This document shows positions 1 through 10,336 of a stretch of 64,000 bases of DNA, one piece after another (the stretch's first letter is position 1; each line of letters opens with the position of its first letter). The notes beneath the pieces were generated by a model. The model had not been told where the DNA came from and searched no databases. It was given only the letters and a program-made list of their open reading frames with translations. A program made the translations under genes and the position numbers. This stretch comes from Patescibacteria group bacterium (GTDB taxonomy: Bacteria; Patescibacteriota; Patescibacteriia; UBA1558; GWA2-36-10): NCBI GenBank assembly GCA_041662585.1, contig JBAZSG010000004.1, positions 18,173-82,172 of the forward strand, given 5' to 3'.

Positions 1-68
1 CACAACTTCAAAAAAGTAGGCCACAGAAAAACAAAACGGTCACCCCCGAGGGTGACCGTTATTTTTTT

Positions 69-1763
69 TTATCTTCTATTTCTATTGGTTCGTTTGTGAC
101 GTTTTATTTTATTTCTAGCAAAGCCACTATTTCTTTTTCTAGGGCCTTGATAAGTGCCTCTAGAATAAGAAGCTCCATGATTATCTCTAGAGATAACAAT
201 AGTTTTATTACCAAAACGAGCTCCATTGAGATAGCTGATGACTTTGGAGACATCTTTTGTTTCCACTGAAAATACAGAGAAGTCTGATAGCAGAGTTATC
301 TCACCCAGCTCCAGACCTTTTAACTGTGGATTGGAATTGAACAAAGCAAACAAAGCTTTGATATCAAATCTATCACGCTTACCAATATTTATTTTTAGTC
401 TAGTACCACTACCACCACTGAGTTTGGTATCAAAGGCCTTGGTCTTGGCATTTAGATCTAGAGCGTGAGGACTAGCCAAGTCTTTAAATTTTTGGGCAAT
501 CAGATAGTTTATCAAATCATCTTTGTGTAGCGTATTTATTTTTCTAGTGATTTCTGGAAAATAGGCATGCTTGGCCAGCTCTTTTGTATCAGCGTGTATG
601 ATTTCTTCCAAAAAACTATCAATTTGTTTTTGGTAAACCTCTTCACCCTGAGGTATCTTTTTATAGGCAAAAGTTTTACCAATCATATGTTCCAAATCTC
701 GGATTCTTCTGCGATCTCCCGGAGTAATAATAGAAATAGCTATACCACTTTTTTTAGCCCGACCAGTACGGCCAGTTCTATGAGTATAGATTTCATTTTT
801 GTCAGGTAGATTATAGTTTATTACGTGCGTTAGATTGCTCACATCAATACCACGAGCAGCTACATCGGTTGCTACTAAGAGGCCTTGGGTTTTGGTTTTA
901 AATCTGGCCATTATTTTGGTACGCATAGTTTGTGATACATCACCATGTAGCGCTTCACAATCATAGCCAGATCTATTTAGTTTGTCAGCTATGTCTTGAG
1001 TTTCCCTTTTGGTACGACAAAATAGTATGCCGTATACTCCAGGCAAAAAATCCAAAATTCTTTTGAGTGAATCAAAACGATCACGAGCAGAGATTATATA
1101 ATATTCATGACTTACATTTTCAGCGCCAATATTTTGTTTGCCAGCACTTATCTCATGAATATCTTTCATGTATTTTTTGGCAATCGCATGAACACTTTTA
1201 GAAATAGTAGCTGAAAAAAGTAAAGTCTGTTTGTTTTTTGGTGTTTCGGCTAAGATAGCATCAAGGTCATCTTTGAATCCCATATCTAGCATTTCATCAG
1301 CTTCATCTAGCACAGCCCATTTGATATTTTGAAGTTTCAAAAACTTTTTTCGTATCAAATCATGGACACGACCAGGCGTACCAATCACAATATTGGTCCC
1401 TCTTCTGAGAGCTTTGATTTGAATATCTATTCTTTCACCACCATAGACTGGAGTGATATCTAGTCTTTTAGAATACTTGGCAAATTTTTGTATATCTTGA
1501 GAAATCTGTAGACATAGCTCTCTAGTGGGGCAGAGTACAATAGCTTGTAAATCACGAGTACCAGCTTTGATTTGATTTAAAATTGGCAAGCCAAAAGCCG
1601 CTGTCTTTCCAGTGCCAGTTTGGGCCAAAGCTATGAGATCTTGTGTAGAATTTAGGATAAAAGGAATAGCCTTCTCTTGAATATGAGTAGGTTCGGTAAA
1701 TCCCAAATCATTTAGGCTCTCCATTATTTCAGAATTTAAGCCCAATTCTTTAAATGTTTTCAT
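69..1763 (-). CDS. DEAD-box ATP-dependent RNA helicase (DeaD/CshA-like) with a C-terminal DbpA-type RNA-binding region and a basic R/K-rich tail
   Basis: 564-aa ORF; Walker A AQTGTGKT, DEAD box (VLDEADEM), SAT, HRTGRTGR motifs visible in the translation. Confidence 0.9.
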   Translation of the reverse strand: MKTFKELGLNSEIMESLNDLGFTEPTHIQEKAIPFILNSTQDLIALAQTGTGKTAAFGLPILNQIKAGTRDLQAIVLCPTRELCLQISQDIQKFAKYSKRLDITPVYGGERIDIQIKALRRGTNIVIGTPGRVHDLIRKKFLKLQNIKWAVLDEADEMLDMGFKDDLDAILAETPKNKQTLLFSATISKSVHAIAKKYMKDIHEISAGKQNIGAENVSHEYYIISARDRFDSLKRILDFLPGVYGILFCRTKRETQDIADKLNRSGYDCEALHGDVSQTMRTKIMARFKTKTQGLLVATDVAARGIDVSNLTHVINYNLPDKNEIYTHRTGRTGRAKKSGIAISIITPGDRRRIRDLEHMIGKTFAYKKIPQGEEVYQKQIDSFLEEIIHADTKELAKHAYFPEITRKINTLHKDDLINYLIAQKFKDLASPHALDLNAKTKAFDTKLSGGSGTRLKINIGKRDRFDIKALFALFNSNPQLKGLELGEITLLSDFSVFSVETKDVSKVISYLNGARFGNKTIVISRDNHGASYSRGTYQGPRKRNSGFARNKIKRHKRTNRNRR

Positions 1764-1864
1764 AATATATTGTATTGTAGTAGTTTCAGAATTAGTATCT
1801 CTGAAAGCACAAGCGCTACAATACCATATTTTATTTATTTTGTCAAGCTTTAGAGGGTTAGCAA

Positions 1865-3640
1865 TTATCGATTGCTCTTTTTTCTATCATTTTCGGTCAA
1901 ACCTTGTTTGCGTAATCTGACATTGTGAGGTGTGACTTCTAGATATTCATCCTCAGATATTATTTCCAGTCCAGTTTCAATAGTCAATACATTAGGAGGA
2001 GTCAAGGCAATAGCCTCATCAGCTCCAGAGGAGCGCATATTGGACAATTGTTTACCTTTGATAGGATTGACCACCATATCATAGCCTTTGGCAGTATTAC
2101 CAATGACCATACCTTCATAGACCTCTATATTTGGTCCAATATATAGATCGCCTCTTTCTTGAAGATTAAAGAGTGAAAAACCAAGAGCTTTACCAGTAGC
2201 CATAGAAATCATAGAACCAACATTGCGTTTTTTAATTTCACCAGTATAAGGTCGGTATTCTAAAAAGTGTGAGCAAAGGATACCTTCGCCACGAGTATCA
2301 ACGGTAAATTCACCACGATAGCCCAGTAGTCCACGAGTCGGTATTTCAAAGATAATACGCATTTGTCCGTTTTCAGTAGTCAGTTTGGTGACAATACCTT
2401 TGCGTTTACCCATCTTTTCCATGACAATACCAGAGCTAGCTTCAGGCACATCAATAGTGACTTCTTCAAATGGTTCAAATTTTTTGCCATCTCGTTCTTC
2501 AATGATAACTTTTGGTTGAGATACTTGTAGCTCATAGCCTTCACGACGCATTTGTTCTATGAGTATGGCAGCATGCAGCTCACCACGACTATATACCTTA
2601 AAGAATTCACCAGAAAAATCAATCTTCATACCCACATTTACTTCTAGTTCTTTGGCTAGTCTTTCTTTGATTTGTTTAGAAGTGACAAACTTACCTTCTC
2701 GTCCAGCAAAGGGAGAATTGTTTACCAAAAAGTCTAGCGATATTGTGGGTTCATCAACAGTGATAGCTGGTAGTCCTGCTTGCTCCTTATCTACACAAAG
2801 TGTTTCGCCAATATCAATATCAGAAAATCCAGCTACCATGACAATATCTCCAGCTATAGCTTCTTCTGTTTCTTGACGCTCAAGTCCTTTAAAAGTAAAG
2901 AGCTTGGTTACTCTAGCCGTACGACTAGTACCATCTATACTTTTGACTACTAGGTTAGCTCCTGTTTGTATAGTCCCTTCATACACGCGTGCTAGAGCCA
3001 TACGTCCCAAGAAATTATCATAGGCAAGGTTGAATACTTGAGCTCTTAGTGGTGCCTGACTATCAGTCTTAGCAGCTGGTACTTTTTCTAGGATTATATC
3101 AAGCAGTGGAAATATATCTTTGTCCTCATCCGTCAAATATCTTTTGGCTATACCGTTTTTGGCTATAGCATAGACGGTAGTAAAATCAAGTTGCTCATCA
3201 CTAGCGCCTAGATCCATAAACAATTCAAAAACTTGCTCATGAGCTCTGTGAGGATTGGCAGCAGGCTTATCAATTTTATTTAGTATGACAATTGGCTTAA
3301 GCCCTAGTTCCAAAGATTTTTTGAGTACAAATCTAGTCTGAGGCATAGGACCTTCTTGAGCATCTACCACTAGCAAGACACTATCAATAGAGCGCAGTAC
3401 TCGCTCTACTTCACTACCAAAGTCAGCATGACCTGGAGTATCAACAATATTTATCTTGGTATCTTTGTAAAAGACTGAAGCATTTTTGGAGTAAATAGTA
3501 ATACCACGCTCTTGTTCAAGCGTGTTGGAATCCATAGTACTCTCATCTGAGACCATACCAGTTTGTTTTAGTATAGAGTCAGTCAGCGCTGTTTTACCAT
3601 GGTCTACGTGAGCTATAATTGCGATATTTCTTATTTGCAT
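1865..3640 (-). CDS. typA: Translational GTPase BipA/TypA
   Basis: G1 AHVDHGKT, G3 DTPGHADF, EF-G-like domain layout in a ~590-aa product. The ORF track starts at 3676 (TTG); the internal ATG at 3640 (MQIRNIAIIAHVDHGKT) is the more likely start. Confidence 0.9.
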   Translation of the reverse strand: MQIRNIAIIAHVDHGKTALTDSILKQTGMVSDESTMDSNTLEQERGITIYSKNASVFYKDTKINIVDTPGHADFGSEVERVLRSIDSVLLVVDAQEGPMPQTRFVLKKSLELGLKPIVILNKIDKPAANPHRAHEQVFELFMDLGASDEQLDFTTVYAIAKNGIAKRYLTDEDKDIFPLLDIILEKVPAAKTDSQAPLRAQVFNLAYDNFLGRMALARVYEGTIQTGANLVVKSIDGTSRTARVTKLFTFKGLERQETEEAIAGDIVMVAGFSDIDIGETLCVDKEQAGLPAITVDEPTISLDFLVNNSPFAGREGKFVTSKQIKERLAKELEVNVGMKIDFSGEFFKVYSRGELHAAILIEQMRREGYELQVSQPKVIIEERDGKKFEPFEEVTIDVPEASSGIVMEKMGKRKGIVTKLTTENGQMRIIFEIPTRGLLGYRGEFTVDTRGEGILCSHFLEYRPYTGEIKKRNVGSMISMATGKALGFSLFNLQERGDLYIGPNIEVYEGMVIGNTAKGYDMVVNPIKGKQLSNMRSSGADEAIALTPPNVLTIETGLEIISEDEYLEVTPHNVRLRKQGLTENDRKKSNR

Positions 3641-3750
3641 GAGGCAAAGAGTAACAGGAACAGTGATTTGTGTCAAGGTTTTTAGGGGGTTTCTTGAAAA
3701 ATAAGGTTAAATAGGTTAAGCTAAATTATAGGTTATATAAGTATAAAAAT

Positions 3751-5265
3751 ATGAATTTTTTGCATAATAAAAATATAGTAAAAATAAAAAAAGCTTACGC
3801 AAGATTCAAGGCCCCATATAGACAAAAGCTTGAAGAGGAATATTATGAATATTTTAGCTATTTGTTTACTAGGGCATTCGAAGTTGGAGGAGTATCATAT
3901 TTGTTTGCTTTATTAAGAGTATCTGGAATGCAATCTGCTGGCTGGGACTCATTTATAGAATCAGACGAAGCATTAAAAGACTATTCAAAGATTTTAAGAA
4001 AAACTAAAAAGAATAGCAAAAAAGTTGATAAGCTATCATTTAGACTAGCTTTATTGATGTATAGTCATGCTACAGAAATGTCGGCGCCTTATGAAATTAT
4101 TTCAAATCTTATTAACTGTATCGCTAATAAACCATATTTAATTAGACCATTTTGTGAATTTGAAAAAAATCGCAGAGAACCATTACATCCAAAAAGTAAA
4201 ATTGAACATATTAAAAATAAAGCCAGAGCAATTGGAGAAAATAAGTTACCAAACATCTTATTTGGCTTTTTTAATGAAGATATTAGAAATGCTTTCTATC
4301 ATTCAGATTACACAATTACAGAAAATGAATTTAGAATTACAAGAGAAGATGAAATACCAAAATCTATTAAACTTGAAGAGGTCTCTGATAAATTAACTCG
4401 TTGTTTTGCATTTTATTCTGCTTTTTTTACTGCATATAAGAATGCAAGAGCTACATTTAATAAAATGCCTAGGAATTATTTTAAATGGCCAGATTTTGAA
4501 GTTTTTGAATTAGTAAAAAATAAAAAAACAGGCTTAGTTGGATTTAAGATACACCATTCTACAGGCACAGTGTCGAGTTTTAATCGCTTAGATGATGGTT
4601 CGGTAGATGCTATGAATCTTATATTTTCTCCAAATGGTCAAATTGGACTACAGATAGGTAATTTAGATGAACGTAAAGATAAATGGCTTGTAGATGGTGA
4701 AGAATTTTTTGAATACGGTACGAGATATAATGGATCCAATAAATGGCAGCCAATAGTTTTTAAAGGTGATCCTGATATAGTTTCTAAAAAAGTAAGGGCA
4801 TTAGATACGAGTGAAGATATACAAGGGATATTATTTTATGTGGAATGCACTGGTTATAAAGCGATAGAATTTGTTATCAAAAGTGATAAAAAGCTTTTTC
4901 GTGGAAAAAATTATAGTACCCCAAAGTTTGGCAACTTAGAAAAAATATTAATTGAGGAATTCAAGTCTACTGATTCTACAACGTATATTTATGATGGCAC
5001 GGTATACCTTAAAGATGCTAGTATTGGAAATATAAAAAATAATTTGGATAGAATTAAAAAAATTGAAAATAAATTTAAAAAGAAAAACCAAGACATAAAT
5101 ATTATGTTAAAATATTCAATTTATGGTGGGGCGGGTGTACAAAAAAATGATAATGGTACAATATCGATAAGTTTTAGCATGTCTAATCCTAGAAATACTA
5201 TGGTAGTTTCAGATTTATCAATCTTACCTTCTTCTGATTGGACAATAAAAGAAGAATGGATATAA
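3751..5265 (+). CDS. Hypothetical protein, 504 aa, no recognisable motif
   Basis: Long uninterrupted ORF with AT-rich codon usage matching the host. No catalytic or nucleotide-binding motif recognised by eye. Lies between typA and tRNA-Leu at the edge of a defence-type island. Confidence 0.5.
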   Translation: MNFLHNKNIVKIKKAYARFKAPYRQKLEEEYYEYFSYLFTRAFEVGGVSYLFALLRVSGMQSAGWDSFIESDEALKDYSKILRKTKKNSKKVDKLSFRLALLMYSHATEMSAPYEIISNLINCIANKPYLIRPFCEFEKNRREPLHPKSKIEHIKNKARAIGENKLPNILFGFFNEDIRNAFYHSDYTITENEFRITREDEIPKSIKLEEVSDKLTRCFAFYSAFFTAYKNARATFNKMPRNYFKWPDFEVFELVKNKKTGLVGFKIHHSTGTVSSFNRLDDGSVDAMNLIFSPNGQIGLQIGNLDERKDKWLVDGEEFFEYGTRYNGSNKWQPIVFKGDPDIVSKKVRALDTSEDIQGILFYVECTGYKAIEFVIKSDKKLFRGKNYSTPKFGNLEKILIEEFKSTDSTTYIYDGTVYLKDASIGNIKNNLDRIKKIENKFKKKNQDINIMLKYSIYGGAGVQKNDNGTISISFSMSNPRNTMVVSDLSILPSSDWTIKEEWI

Positions 5266-5284
5266 CGTAATTAAATTATTTTTA

Positions 5285-5371
5285 GGAGAGTTGGCAGAGT
5301 GGTCTATTGCGGCGGTTTTAAAAACCGAAGGCCCTTTTTAGGGCTCAAGGGTTCGAATCCCTTACTCTCCG
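5285..5371 (+). tRNA. tRNA-Leu(TAA), type II with long variable arm
   Basis: Acceptor GGAGAGT/ACTCTCC, D-stem GCA/TGC, anticodon loop TTTAAAA (anticodon TAA), variable arm GGCCC...GGGCT, T-arm AAGGG-TTCGAAT-CCCTT; 87 nt, CCA not encoded. Confidence 0.85.
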
Positions 5372-5377
5372 AATGCC

Positions 5378-6235
5378 ATGTTTGAAGCTTTTCATATATA
5401 TAAATATATGGGTGATTTAGATGAATACACATTAAACATCTATACTGATGGCTCAGGTAAATGGCATCCAATGAGAGGAGGTGTTGGAGTTGTATTTGTG
5501 TTTCCAGAAATATGTAAACGAGATTTGATATTAAAAGAATTACAAAGATATTCGGGTGCAAATATTGCCCAGATGGAATTACAAGCTTGTTTAGTTGGGC
5601 TAAAAGAGATATTAAAGTTTAATGATTTGGAAGGTGTCCAGGCTATTACCTTTTGGGTGGATCGTCAAGAAATCCCTGATAATTATACAAAAGCTATTTA
5701 TGTTTGGCCAAATTCTAAACCACCGTGGTACAGATCTAATGGTGCCCCTGTAATGAATGCTCAGCTTTGGAAAGACCTAGTTAGAGAAATGAATAAGGTA
5801 TATAATAATTTTCATATTAGAGTGACATTTAAATGGATAAAAGGACATGATGGGCATGAATTTAATTCTATAGCTAATAGGTTGGCAAAGTCATCAGCCG
5901 ATAAACCGGTTCAAAAGCCTATTATGAAAATATCGGAAGTTAATGTTAGAAAAAAATTATTTGATAATAAAGTAAAAAGAGGTTCTGTTAAGATGAATGG
6001 TCAAAAGATAATTATCAGGATAACTACGGGAGAATTATTGCCTCAGAAAATATGGAAGTATCAATATGAAGTTTTGTCTGAAAAAAGTCAATTTTATAAA
6101 CTTTCAGATATAATTTATTTTTCAGAAAATTTAAGAGCAGGACATGTGTTTGAAATAACTTGTAATAAAAATCAAAATTTTCCACAAATATCAAAAATTA
6201 TAAGAGAACTAGATAAAGAGTTATATAAAAAATAG
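5378..6235 (+). CDS. RNase HI-domain protein (N-terminal ~165 aa) with a ~115-aa C-terminal extension of unknown function
   Basis: RNase H type-1 signatures: IYTDGSG...GGVGVV (catalytic Asp), ELQA (Glu), WVDRQ (Asp), FKWIKGHDGHEFNSIANRLA (His; final Asp replaced by Asn). Starts 6 nt after tRNA-Leu. Confidence 0.6.
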   Translation: MFEAFHIYKYMGDLDEYTLNIYTDGSGKWHPMRGGVGVVFVFPEICKRDLILKELQRYSGANIAQMELQACLVGLKEILKFNDLEGVQAITFWVDRQEIPDNYTKAIYVWPNSKPPWYRSNGAPVMNAQLWKDLVREMNKVYNNFHIRVTFKWIKGHDGHEFNSIANRLAKSSADKPVQKPIMKISEVNVRKKLFDNKVKRGSVKMNGQKIIIRITTGELLPQKIWKYQYEVLSEKSQFYKLSDIIYFSENLRAGHVFEITCNKNQNFPQISKIIRELDKELYKK

Positions 6236-6271
6236 CTTGATTTTTTAGCTAGAAAATGGGAAAATGTAGCT

Positions 6272-7057
6272 ATGATTAAACCATATTATGTTAAGCCAAA
6301 GTTCAGATTATATCATGCCAACGCGCTTGATTTTTTAGCCAATGTAAAACCAAATTCAGTAGATATGATTTTTGCTGATCCCCCATATAATTTATCAAAC
6401 GGAGGCTTCACTGTGCATGCTGGAAAAATGACGTCTGTAAACAAAGGAGATTGGGATAAAAGTAAAGGATTTGAAGGGGATTATGATTTTCATCATAAAT
6501 GGCTCGAAGCTTGTAAGAGAGTCTTAAAACCAAACGGTACACTTTGGGTAAGTGGAACTTATCATTCTATATATCAGTGTGGACACGCTTTACAGTCTTT
6601 GGGCTATCACATATTAAATGATATAAGCTGGTTCAAACCAAACGCTTCACCAAATTTAAGCTGTCGTTTTTTCACGGCTAGTCACGAAACTTTAATTTGG
6701 GCTAGGAAAGATAAAAAGGGCAAACACACCTTTAATTATAAAGAAATGAAAGGTGGAAATTGGCATGAACAGGATTTGATTAAAAAACCTGATAAACAAA
6801 TGAGGTCTGTTTGGGGCATTATGACGCCTAGAAATGGAGAAAAAAAATTTGGTAAGCATCCTACTCAGAAGCCATTAGATTTATTAAATAGGATAGTACT
6901 AGCCAGTACCAATAAAGGGGATTTAATTTTAGATCCATTTGCTGGTAGTTCTACAACAGGTATATCTGCTTATGCATTAGGTAGAAAGTTTATTGGTATT
7001 GATATGGATAAGAAGTTTTTAGATTTATCTATTAAGAGGTTTGAAGATATAAAATAA
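6272..7057 (+). CDS. Beta-class N6-adenine (or N4-cytosine) DNA methyltransferase, DpnA/HinfI-like
   Basis: Motif IV DMIFADPPYN precedes motif I LDPFAGSSTTG (beta-class order); 261 aa; immediately upstream of a restriction endonuclease gene. Confidence 0.8.
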   Translation: MIKPYYVKPKFRLYHANALDFLANVKPNSVDMIFADPPYNLSNGGFTVHAGKMTSVNKGDWDKSKGFEGDYDFHHKWLEACKRVLKPNGTLWVSGTYHSIYQCGHALQSLGYHILNDISWFKPNASPNLSCRFFTASHETLIWARKDKKGKHTFNYKEMKGGNWHEQDLIKKPDKQMRSVWGIMTPRNGEKKFGKHPTQKPLDLLNRIVLASTNKGDLILDPFAGSSTTGISAYALGRKFIGIDMDKKFLDLSIKRFEDIK

Positions 7058-7061
7058 TAAT

Positions 7062-7943
7062 ATGGAAAAAGATTTTGATAAATTAATAAATACTTTTCAG
7101 GAATCAATTTTTACTTGGGGTTATTTTACTGATTTTGAAAAGGTTAATAAAAATATTAGCAAAATAGAAAGAAAATTAAATTTACTTAATTCTTTAATTG
7201 GCAAAGACAATATTGAAAATGAGTTTATAGATTTAATTAAGGAATATCCAGAGGTAAAAGAAGTACTGCCAATTTTAATTGCAGTTAGAAAAGACAAGTT
7301 AAAAGAATTGTCTATTATTTCTGATATTATTAATTTAGATCATGATAAAAAATATGATATTTTTTATGAAGGCTTAAACGAAGAAAATGCAAAAGAATTA
7401 AAAATATTTTTTAATGAAAGTGGACTAAAAGACATTTTTAAAAATAAGAATATAAAAAATGTGGTTGATTATGTTTTTGGTATAGAAGTAGGAATGGATA
7501 CTAACGCTAGAAAAAACAGAACAGGAGATTTAATGGAAGATTTAGTAGAAAAATTTTTAGAGATATTTTGTAAAGATAAAAATTTTGTTTTTATTGAGCA
7601 AGCTACTAAGGTTAAAATTAAAAAAGCGTTTAATTATGATTTAGAAATTGATAAGAATAATAGAAGATTTGATTTTGCTTTATTTAATAAAGAAGAAAAA
7701 AAGCTATATTTAATGGAAGTTAATTATTATGGAGGAGGAGGTTCTAAATTAAAAGCAACTGCTGGTGAATATCAAAAATTAAATGATTTTTTAAAAAATC
7801 AAAATATAACATTTATTTGGGTTACAGACGGCAAAGGCTGGTTAACATCAAGAAATTCTTTAAAAGAGACTTTTAAGCATAATGATTATGTGATTAATTT
7901 GGAAATGCTTAAAAATGGAAGCTTAAAAACTATAGTAAAGTAA
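7062..7943 (+). CDS. Type II restriction endonuclease, DpnII/MboI family (predicted GATC specificity)
   Basis: 293 aa; blocks DYVFGIEVGMDTNARKNRTGDLMEDLV and EVNYYGGGGSKLKATA resemble what I recall of DpnII-family conserved regions; gene is 4 nt downstream of the DPPY methyltransferase. Specificity is inference. Confidence 0.6.
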   Translation: MEKDFDKLINTFQESIFTWGYFTDFEKVNKNISKIERKLNLLNSLIGKDNIENEFIDLIKEYPEVKEVLPILIAVRKDKLKELSIISDIINLDHDKKYDIFYEGLNEENAKELKIFFNESGLKDIFKNKNIKNVVDYVFGIEVGMDTNARKNRTGDLMEDLVEKFLEIFCKDKNFVFIEQATKVKIKKAFNYDLEIDKNNRRFDFALFNKEEKKLYLMEVNYYGGGGSKLKATAGEYQKLNDFLKNQNITFIWVTDGKGWLTSRNSLKETFKHNDYVINLEMLKNGSLKTIVK

Positions 7944-7947
7944 TAAT

Positions 7948-9591
7948 ATGGAAAAATTACTTAGTAAAGAAATAGTTAGTTTTCTAATAAATAAAGAAAT
8001 AGATATTGCTAAAAAAATTCGTAAAGACAATAGAGTTTCTAAGAGTTCGAACGAAGCTTATGCCTTTATAATATCAGTATTAAGAAAAACAATTTCTGAG
8101 TCTATAACAGAAAGTAAGTTAAAAGAAATTATATTTGATGGTAAGGATGAATGTGGTTTTGATGTTATTAATATAACACCAAGAAGGATAGAGATTTATG
8201 ATTTTAAAGATACTAATTCATCATTTTCTGAACATGAAGTCTATCCGTTTTTAGAAAAAATATTAAATTTTATATTTAAAGAAGAGACACTTCCTAGTAA
8301 GATGTCTTTTTTAGTAAAAAATAGAATTAAACAAATCATAAAAATAATAGATTCTAAAAAAATAAAAGTGAGAATATATTTTGTCAGAAATGGTTTTAAT
8401 AATCCAGAAGATTGGCTTATAGCTGGCGCTAATAAAAAAATTAAGAAAGAAAATATAGAAATAAAGTATATTAATCAAAAGGATATAATTTCTGATGTTT
8501 ATGAAAATAATCAAGTGCAGGATTTAGAATTTAATTTTAATGTTGATAAGAATAATTTAGAAGATTATTTCTTATATAAACATAGTAAAATTTTAATAAC
8601 AAGAGTCAATATAAAATATTTATTAAAAGGGTTAGTTAAGGAGTCTAATTTAAAAAATTATAATTTATACCATGATAATGTGAGAGGATTTTTAGGTAAA
8701 AAAGAACCTTCCAAGGGGATGCTAGTTACAATCAAAGATTATAAAAAAGATTTTCACCTTTTTCATAACGGAATAACTTTAGCTTGTCAAAAAATTAAAA
8801 ATGTTAGAGTGCTGGGGGGCAGTTTTGCTGTAACTAATCCACAAGTTTTAAATGGTTGTCAAACTTTAGAAACTTTGTATGAAAAATATTTAGATAATCT
8901 AGATGATAAATTATTAGAGGAGGCTAGTATATTGTGTCGTTTTTTTGTATTAGATTCTAAAAAAGCATTAAAAGTATGTCAATCTTCTAATACTCAAAAT
9001 AAAATTGATTCGTGGGAATTAAGGTCTAATGATAAGGAGCAAAAATTAATTGAGTATTATTTAAATAATACTTTAAAACAAAACTTTGAGTATAAAAGAA
9101 AAAGCGGAAAAAGCAAAAGTGGTAATGTATCTTTACCAGAGTTAGGCCAATGGTTGTATGCAGCAATTTTTGAAAAACCAGCTGAAGCCAAGAATAAGAA
9201 AACAGAAATTTTTCAAATAGATATTGATAAATCAATTTATGAACAAATATATCAAACATCAAAAGTAAAACCAGTAGATTTGATTAGGATTTGTGAAATA
9301 GGAGTTTTTTTGAAAAAGGCTAAAAAAGAGAAAGAGGTTATTAAGAGAACGGAGATCAAGGGTCTAGATAAGGAGACAGAGTTATCTTTAATTCGTAGTG
9401 CAGATTTTCATATACTTTCATCTTTTTACTATACAAAAAATAAATTGAATGACGAAAATTTACAAGCTTTAGTTAATAAAATATATAAGGTAGTTAAGAA
9501 AATTCAAAAAGAAAAAGAAGGTGACTATGATATAAAGAGAATTTTTACTCAAGATTTAACAACCTGGAGTAAAATAAAGAAAATTTTATAA
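7948..9591 (+). CDS. AIPR-family abortive-infection protein (phage resistance)
   Basis: 547 aa; central FHNGITLACQ...VTNPQVLNGCQTLETL block matches the AIPR family as I recall it; located directly after the R-M pair. Confidence 0.55.
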   Translation: MEKLLSKEIVSFLINKEIDIAKKIRKDNRVSKSSNEAYAFIISVLRKTISESITESKLKEIIFDGKDECGFDVINITPRRIEIYDFKDTNSSFSEHEVYPFLEKILNFIFKEETLPSKMSFLVKNRIKQIIKIIDSKKIKVRIYFVRNGFNNPEDWLIAGANKKIKKENIEIKYINQKDIISDVYENNQVQDLEFNFNVDKNNLEDYFLYKHSKILITRVNIKYLLKGLVKESNLKNYNLYHDNVRGFLGKKEPSKGMLVTIKDYKKDFHLFHNGITLACQKIKNVRVLGGSFAVTNPQVLNGCQTLETLYEKYLDNLDDKLLEEASILCRFFVLDSKKALKVCQSSNTQNKIDSWELRSNDKEQKLIEYYLNNTLKQNFEYKRKSGKSKSGNVSLPELGQWLYAAIFEKPAEAKNKKTEIFQIDIDKSIYEQIYQTSKVKPVDLIRICEIGVFLKKAKKEKEVIKRTEIKGLDKETELSLIRSADFHILSSFYYTKNKLNDENLQALVNKIYKVVKKIQKEKEGDYDIKRIFTQDLTTWSKIKKIL

Positions 9592-9619
9592 AATAAAGCA
9601 CTGAAATCAAACCAAGCTT

Positions 9620-9678
9620 AAATCAAAAAACTAAGTAATGTATTAACCCCCGCGAAAGCGGGGGTTTTTAAAAAGACA
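9620..9678 (+). repeat. 57-bp direct repeat, copy 1 (contains a Rho-independent terminator hairpin)
   Basis: aaatcaaaaaactaagTaatgtattaAcccccgcgaaagcgggggttttTaaaaagaca; near-identical to 10337..10393. Confidence 0.8.
9647..9670 (+). terminator. Rho-independent terminator (CCCCCGC-GAAA-GCGGGGG + T5) after the AIPR gene
   Basis: 7-bp GC stem, GNRA tetraloop, T-run, seen directly. Confidence 0.8.
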
Positions 9679-9770
9679 AGGTGAATCGCGAAGCGAGGGA
9701 GGGTGGCCTGGGCCATGTAAATAAATAAGGATTTTTGATATAATGGATATATAAAATTTAAATTCAATTT

Positions 9771-10325
9771 ATGAAAAAAGTACAGCAAATAAAAAATTTA
9801 ATTAAAAATGAATGTGCCAAAGGGCCAATAGATGATTGGTTTTACTCAACATACTTATTGGGTGTAGAAAAATTTGCCAAATGGCTACTAGCTAGACTAC
9901 CAAAAGCAAACAAAGAAGTAGTCATGCTAGGAGTTTGGCTTCATGATTTACAGAGGATAAAAGGCATCAAAGGCAATCATCAAGAAGTGGGCGCTAAGGA
10001 AGCCGAAAAAGTAATGATAAAATTTGCTTATGATAATAAAACAATTAATCAAGTAAAAAATATAATCCTTAGTCATTCTTGTAGTAGTAAAAAGCCAAAT
10101 ACTTTGGAAGGAAAGATTTTGGCTAGTGCCGATGCCATGTCTCATTATCATAATGATTTTTTCTTACAAATTGCTGTAACTGGTCAAAGAAATTTAGAAG
10201 AATATAAAAAATGGGTATTAGAAAAATTAAATAGAAATTATAATGTAAAAATTTGTTTTCCTTTTGCCAAAAAATCTATAAAGGCAAGGCATGATTTATT
10301 TAAAAAGGTTTTTACCATGAAGTAG
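9771..10325 (+). CDS. Hypothetical protein, weak HD-phosphohydrolase-like motifs
   Basis: 184 aa; WLHDLQR (HD dyad), LSHSC, SADAMSHY present but no upstream motif-I His found; bracketed by the 57-bp direct repeats. Confidence 0.3.
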   Translation: MKKVQQIKNLIKNECAKGPIDDWFYSTYLLGVEKFAKWLLARLPKANKEVVMLGVWLHDLQRIKGIKGNHQEVGAKEAEKVMIKFAYDNKTINQVKNIILSHSCSSKKPNTLEGKILASADAMSHYHNDFFLQIAVTGQRNLEEYKKWVLEKLNRNYNVKICFPFAKKSIKARHDLFKKVFTMK

Positions 10326-10336
10326 TAAATAGATTT

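Noticed and set aside
238-3000. Short ORFs antisense to or within the helicase and typA genes (238..468, 567..809, 2559..2876) and similar small overlapping ORFs across the window (e.g. 8311..8514, 9026..9262, 24249..24461, 35153..35445, 37818..38159)
   Set aside because: They are embedded in or antisense to well-supported longer genes. They have low-complexity or AT-driven composition and no motifs.
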